Part shown: positions 58,602-64,000 of the stretch, one piece after another
Layout: each line of letters opens with the position of its first letter
Position numbering within the stretch: the first letter of the stretch is position 1
Assembly (NCBI GenBank): GCA_963205435.1
Contig: CAUJIV010000049.1
Location: forward strand, 7,932-71,931
Length of the DNA stretch: 64,000 nt
Origin: Pseudomonadota bacterium
GTDB taxonomy: Bacteria > Pseudomonadota > Gammaproteobacteria > Burkholderiales > Rhodocyclaceae
Direction of reading: 5' to 3'
The notes under the pieces: model-generated
What the model was told of the DNA's origin: nothing
What the model saw: only the letters and a program-made list of their open reading frames with translations
Database searches by the model: none
Position numbers and translations under genes: made by a program

Positions 58602-59087
58602 TCAGTCGCGAAAGTTGCTGAATTGCAGCGGCACGTCGGTGACGGCGGCGCGCACCCGGGCGATGACTTCCTGCAGCACGTCCTTCTTGGCCCCGGAGAC
58701 GCGCACCGTGTCGCCCTGGATGCTGGCCTGCGCCTTGAGCTTGCTGTCCTTGACGATGCGCACGATCTTCTTCGCCAGCTCGCCGCCGACGCCTTCCCTC
58801 ACCGCAACGGCCTGCTTGACCTTGTTGCCGCTCACCTTGTCGATCCCGCCACGCTCGAGATAGCGCACATCGACGTTGCGCCTGGCCAGTTTCGCCACCA
58901 GCACGTCGAAGACCTGGCCGAGCTTGAACTCGTCGTCGGCGAAGAGCGTCAGCATCCCCTCGCCCTGCTCGACGCGCGCATCGGAGTCCTTGAAGTCGAA
59001 GCGGTTGGCGATCTCCTTGTTGGCCTGCTCGACGGCATTGCGCAGCTCGACCCGGTTCACCTCGCTGACGATGTCGAAGGACGGCAT
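58602..59087 (-). CDS. yajQ: YajQ family nucleotide/c-di-GMP-binding protein
   Basis: MPSFDIVSE...RFDFK...QFSNFRD. Confidence 0.96.
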   Translation of the reverse strand: MPSFDIVSEVNRVELRNAVEQANKEIANRFDFKDSDARVEQGEGMLTLFADDEFKLGQVFDVLVAKLARRNVDVRYLERGGIDKVSGNKVKQAVAVREGVGGELAKKIVRIVKDSKLKAQASIQGDTVRVSGAKKDVLQEVIARVRAAVTDVPLQFSNFRD

Positions 59088-59095
59088 GATTGCGC

Positions 59096-59317
59096 TCAGA
59101 TGCCCCAGAACTTCTTGATCACCGCCTTGGCGGCGAAGCCGACCATGCCGAAGGCCAGCACGAGGAAGAGGACGATCGTTCCGGTCTTGCCGGCCTTCGA
59201 CTTCCAGGCCAGCTCGCCGATGATGAACAGCATGTAGAGGATGAATGCCGTCAGGCCGAAAGTCAGGCCGAACTCGGCGATCTCCGCCTCGCTGTAGCCG
59301 AAGATCGTGCCCGTCAT
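59096..59317 (-). CDS. DUF2788 family small membrane protein
   Basis: [22 protein letters not shown]. Confidence 0.85.
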   Translation of the reverse strand: MTGTIFGYSEAEIAEFGLTFGLTAFILYMLFIIGELAWKSKAGKTGTIVLFLVLAFGMVGFAAKAVIKKFWGI

Positions 59318-59330
59318 GGCCGCGGCCTCC

Positions 59331-60574
<1,244 letters not shown>

Positions 60575-60578
<4 letters not shown>

Positions 60579-60682
60579 GATTTCACACTTGTCAGCTTGT
60601 CAGGTTCAGGAGGCGGCAGGCCCGAGGAGTGGATGATCCAGTCCTCATACGGCAAAGCCAATCCAGAAGTCTCGAGAATCAT
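60575..60682 (-). CDS. Candidate 35-aa ORF coupled at both ends
   Basis: [35 protein letters not shown]. Its ATG overlaps the stop of the duplicated argF end; its TGA overlaps the argG ATG. Confidence 0.4.
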
Positions 60683-60743
60683 TGGCCCACACGGCCCAAC
60701 AACAGAAATTCCATCAGCGCCTTCTGCGCATGGAGCCGATTTT
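60679..60743 (-). repeat. Synonymously diverged direct repeat of the argF 3' end (copy of 60825-60889)
   Basis: 60/65 nt identical; both copies encode [20 protein letters not shown]-stop. Confidence 0.97.
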
Positions 60744-60828
60744 GTCTTTGGCCGGCGCTGCGCGCCTTGACCTTCGCTGCGCGAAGGTCAGCCTTCGACG
60801 AAATCGGCTCGGAAAGTCCGAGGGTCAT
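60679..60828 (-). CDS. Candidate 49-aa ORF: palindromic spacer fused in frame to the duplicated ArgF C-terminus
   Basis: [49 protein letters not shown]; ATG overlaps the argF TGA. Confidence 0.4.
   Translation of the reverse strand: MTLGLSEPISSKADLRAAKVKARSAGQRQNRLHAQKALMEFLLLGRVGQ
60733..60810. repeat. Branched palindrome between the two argF 3'-end copies
   Basis: Outer stem GAGCCGATTTTGTC / GACGAAATCGGCTC (13/14); inner hairpins GGCGC-TGC-GCGCC and TGACCTTCGC-TGC-GCGAAGGTCA. Confidence 0.9.
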
Positions 60829-61748
60829 TGGCCCACCCGCCCCAGCAACAGAAATTCCATCAGCGCCTTCTGCGCGTGAAGCCGATTTTCCGCCTCGTCC
60901 CAGACCACGCTGTGCGGCCCGTCGATCACCTCGGCGGCCACTTCCTCGCCGCGATGGGCCGGCAGGCAGTGCATGAACAGCGCGTCGGGCCGGGCCTGGC
61001 GCATCATCTCGGCATCCACCTGCCAGGCCTCGAAATCGCGCCGGCGCGCCTCGTTTTCCGCCTCGAAGCCCATCGAGGTCCACACGTCGGTGGTGACCAG
61101 GTCGGCGCCGGCAACCGCCTCCATGGGGTCGGCGAATTCCTCGTAATGGTCGGTGCCGTAGAGACCGGCCCGCTCGGGCTCGACCTCGTAGCCGGGCGGC
61201 GTGGACACATGCACGTTGAAGCCGAACACCTCGGCGGCCTGCAGCCAGGTGTTGCAGACATTGTTCGAGTCGCCGATCCAGGCCACCGTGCGGCCGGCGA
61301 TCGGGCCGCGGTGCTCGATGAAGGTGTAGATGTCGGCGAGGATCTGGCAGGGGTGGTACTCGTTGGTCAGGCCGTTGATCACCGGCACCCGCGAATGTCG
61401 GGCGAAACGCTCGACGATCTCCTGCTCGAAGGTGCGCATCATGACGAGGTCGCACATGCGCGAGATGACCTGCGCGGCGTCCTCGACCGGCTCGCCGCGG
61501 CCGAGTTGCGAATCGCGCGTGCTGAGGAAGATCGCCGTGCCGCCGAGCTGGTGCATGCCAGCCTCGAAGGAGAGCCGGGTGCGCGTGCTCTGCTTCTCGA
61601 AGATCATCACCAGCGTGCGGTCGTGCAGCGGATGGTAGGCTTCATAGCGCTTGAAGCGCTCCTTGATCCAGCGCGTGCGCTCGAAGACGTGCTCCAGCTC
61701 CTCGCGGGAGAAGTCCTTCAGCTGCAGGAAATGCCTTGGCGCGGCCAT
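60825..61748 (-). CDS. argF: Ornithine carbamoyltransferase
   Basis: FEKQSTRTRLSFE, HPCQ, WTSMG, FMHCLP, AENRLH. Confidence 0.99.
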   Translation of the reverse strand: MAAPRHFLQLKDFSREELEHVFERTRWIKERFKRYEAYHPLHDRTLVMIFEKQSTRTRLSFEAGMHQLGGTAIFLSTRDSQLGRGEPVEDAAQVISRMCDLVMMRTFEQEIVERFARHSRVPVINGLTNEYHPCQILADIYTFIEHRGPIAGRTVAWIGDSNNVCNTWLQAAEVFGFNVHVSTPPGYEVEPERAGLYGTDHYEEFADPMEAVAGADLVTTDVWTSMGFEAENEARRRDFEAWQVDAEMMRQARPDALFMHCLPAHRGEEVAAEVIDGPHSVVWDEAENRLHAQKALMEFLLLGRVGQ

Positions 61749-61760
61749 GGCGCGTCGGCC

Positions 61761-62930
61761 TCAGGCGAGGAACTCGCGTATCAGCGGAGCGAGAAGGGCG
61801 ACCAGCTCGCGCGCGTCCTCGTCGCTGAAGATCAGCGGCGGCAGCAGGCGCACCACCTTCTCCGCCGTGACGTTGATGAGCAGCCCGCGCTCGAGGGCCC
61901 GCGCCACCAGCTCGCCGCAGGGCCGCTCCAGCTCGATGCCGATCATCAGGCCGTCGCCGCGGATGGCGACGACGCCGTCCAGGCCCGCCAGCGCCGCGGC
62001 GAAATCGGCGCGAATCCGCTCGCCGAGCAGGACGGCGCGCGCCAGCAGGCCGTCCTCCTCGATCACTGCCAGGGTCGTCAGCGCCGCCGCGCAGGCGAGC
62101 GGATTGCCGCCGAAGGTCGAGCCGTGGTTGCCCGGCTTGAAGACACCGGCGGCGGCGCCGGCCGCCAGGCAGGCGCCGATCGGCACGCCCGAGCCGAGGC
62201 CCTTGGCGAGGGTCATCACGTCCGGCCTGACACCGGCATGCTGGCAGGCGAACCAGCGGCCGGTGCGACCGATGCCGCACTGCACCTCGTCGAACATCAG
62301 CAGCCAGCCGCGCTCGTCGCAAAGCCGGCGCAGGCCGCGTAAATACTCCGCATCGGCGACATGGATGCCGCCCTCGCCCTGCACCGGTTCGAGCAGCAGC
62401 GCGACGACGCTGCGGTTGTTGGCCGCCACGCTCTCCACCGCGGTCAGGTCGTTGAAGGGCACGCGCACGAAGCCGCCGACCAGCGGCTCGAAGCCGGCCT
62501 GCACCTTGCGGTTGCCGGTGGCCGACAGCGTCGCCAGGGTGCGCCCATGGAAGGCCTTTTCCATGACGACGATGGCCGGCGCGTCGACGCCTTTCTGGTG
62601 GCCGTACAGTCGCGCCAGCTTGATGGCGGCCTCGTTCGCCTCGCAGCCGGAATTGCAAAGGAACGCTTCCTCCATGCCGGACAGCTCGGCAAGGCGATCG
62701 GCCAGCCGCTCCTGCTCGGGAATGCGGTAGAGATTGGCGGCGTGCAGGATGCGCCCCGCCTGCTCGGCGATGGCCTTGACCAGGCGCGGGTGGCCGTGGC
62801 CCAGGGTCGACACCGCGATGCCCGCCAGCGCGTCGAGGTAGCCGCGGCCAGCCTCGTCGAAGGCGCGGGCACCCTGGCCGTGCGTGAAGGCCACGGGCAG
62901 CCGGTTGTACGTGTTCATCAGATGCGGCAT
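61761..62930 (-). CDS. argD: Acetylornithine aminotransferase
   Basis: NSGCEANE, FHGRT, EPVQGEGG, DEVQCGIGRTG, AKGL, HGSTFGGNP. Confidence 0.95.
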   Translation of the reverse strand: MPHLMNTYNRLPVAFTHGQGARAFDEAGRGYLDALAGIAVSTLGHGHPRLVKAIAEQAGRILHAANLYRIPEQERLADRLAELSGMEEAFLCNSGCEANEAAIKLARLYGHQKGVDAPAIVVMEKAFHGRTLATLSATGNRKVQAGFEPLVGGFVRVPFNDLTAVESVAANNRSVVALLLEPVQGEGGIHVADAEYLRGLRRLCDERGWLLMFDEVQCGIGRTGRWFACQHAGVRPDVMTLAKGLGSGVPIGACLAAGAAAGVFKPGNHGSTFGGNPLACAAALTTLAVIEEDGLLARAVLLGERIRADFAAALAGLDGVVAIRGDGLMIGIELERPCGELVARALERGLLINVTAEKVVRLLPPLIFSDEDARELVALLAPLIREFLA

Positions 62931-63180
62931 GGTCGGGACACCCGGCTCATCGGTTGCAAACGACTGTAAAAAGCGAAAGGCGGCTTGCGCCGCCTTGCTT
63001 GCACGCAAATCTTAAGGGAAAACCTCCGACGTGTATAGCTCGGTGCCATGGGTGCCGGTAGGAGAAAGCCGCTTTCGCTTTCGTCGCAACCGCCCGCGGG
63101 ATGCGGGAGTTTGCTGCAGAGAAACGCCCCGGATTGAGCGCAAGGTCGCGACAACTGCCCGCACCGCTTCGAAAAAGATT

Positions 63181-63384
63181 TCAGCGAAGGGCAGGGCCGG
63201 CCAGGATCTCCCGGCCGTCTGCCGCCCGCGCCGCTGGTTGGCGCGCTTCGCGCGAGAGGATTTCGCAGTCTCGATAGATCTGGCGCAATTTGCGTTCCGC
63301 CTCTTCCGCGTCACGCCCTGGTATCAACAGCTTGTCCACAACCGGACCGGCTCGTGTCCTGATGCGAAAAGCGAATTTATGCAT
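63181..63384 (-). CDS. Small hypothetical protein
   Basis: MHKFAFRIRTRAGPVVDKLLIPGRDAEEAERKLRQIYRDCEIL...; compact, protein-like, co-oriented with rpsT and argD. Confidence 0.6.
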   Translation of the reverse strand: MHKFAFRIRTRAGPVVDKLLIPGRDAEEAERKLRQIYRDCEILSREARQPAARAADGREILAGPALR

Positions 63385-63581
63385 GCCGCGTGACTGCATG
63401 GCAGTCCCTTGCCGATCAACAGGTTCGAGCCAGTATATGCGGCAAGTTCGAAGAATTCAAGCCAGTCCCTTCTGCCATCGCAATTTTCACTTTTGGCCAA
63501 TTTCGAGGCGGAATCCACATTTCATGCACAGCAGCCGGGTCAGGCGGCGCATCCTGAACGATTGCCGTTATCGGAAGGTGG

Positions 63582-63617
63582 AAAAGCAAATGGCGACCGC
63601 AAGCGGTCGCCATTTGC
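63582..63617 (-). terminator. Intrinsic terminator after rpsT
   Basis: Perfect 15-bp stem GCAAATGGCGACCGC-AA-GCGGTCGCCATTTGC with a U-tract on the minus strand. Confidence 0.85.
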
Positions 63618-63634
63618 CGGAAGAACGCGGGGCT

Positions 63635-63895
63635 CTAGAGTGCCTTGATGGCGGCGGACAGGCGACTCTTGAAGCGCGCCGCCTTGTTCTTGTGAATGAC
63701 TTTCTTGTCGGCGATGGTGTCGATGGTGCTCATCGATTCGCCGAACACCTTCTGCGCGGCGGTCTTGTCGCCCGTGGCAATCGCCTTGCGCACCTTCTTG
63801 ATGGCGGTGCGCAGTTCGGAGCGCTGGCTGAAATTGCGTGCGCGGTGCTTGAGCGCCTGGCGGGCACGCTTGCGCGCTTGGGCGGAATTGGCCAT
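63635..63895 (-). CDS. rpsT: 30S ribosomal protein S20
   Basis: [13 protein letters not shown]...[12 protein letters not shown]. Confidence 0.99.
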   Translation of the reverse strand: MANSAQARKRARQALKHRARNFSQRSELRTAIKKVRKAIATGDKTAAQKVFGESMSTIDTIADKKVIHKNKAARFKSRLSAAIKAL

Positions 63896-64000
63896 GTGAA
63901 CGAGATGAATGCCTGGAAAGCCGTGGATTTTATGCGTTTTCCCGACGGAATGCAAGCAAGACGGCGCATCGGCAAAGCCGATACCATTGCCGCATGAACC

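Noticed and set aside
60679-60889. DGR template/variable repeat pair
   Set aside because: Differences are not adenine-specific, all are synonymous, and there is no reverse transcriptase in the window.
60679-60889. CRISPR array or prophage attL/attR
   Set aside because: Only two 65-bp copies of coding sequence, 81 bp apart; no cas, integrase or phage genes.

Overview
GC-rich betaproteobacterial chromosome segment (gene order and protein sequences suggest Rhodocyclales/Sterolibacteriaceae-like; this is an inference). It is mostly housekeeping: bamE(partial)-fur-TMEM165, a PEP-CTERM protein, recN-nadK / hrcA-hemH-trxC-(Ca-binding repeat protein)-grpE-dnaK-dnaJ, cysS, ppiA-ppiB-lpxH, the minus-strand run aroC-MFS-entericidin-leuB-asd-fimV-truA-trpFBA-accD-folC-dedD-cvpA-purF-(SAM-II)-metZ, fadD, AddAB-like helicase/nuclease, trxA-rho-rpmE, pgi, orn, rsgA, bktB, yajQ, argD-argF-argG and rpsT. 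I saw no rRNA, tRNA, CRISPR array, integrase or transposase. The most unusual structure lies between argF and argG. The last 65 bp of argF are duplicated 146 bp downstream with 5 differences, all synonymous. The copies are separated by a branched palindrome whose outer arm pairs with the duplication junction, and two small ATGA-coupled ORFs chain argF to argG without a gap. This looks like a compact gene-3'-end-replacing insertion. Other points of interest: two non-autonomous inverted-repeat elements (152 bp in a terminator A-tract, and about 269 bp splitting a metallo-beta-lactamase-fold gene), tandem sigma28-like promoters inside the heat-shock cluster, a D-to-A change in the NAD kinase GGDG motif, and no leuC/leuD at their usual position.
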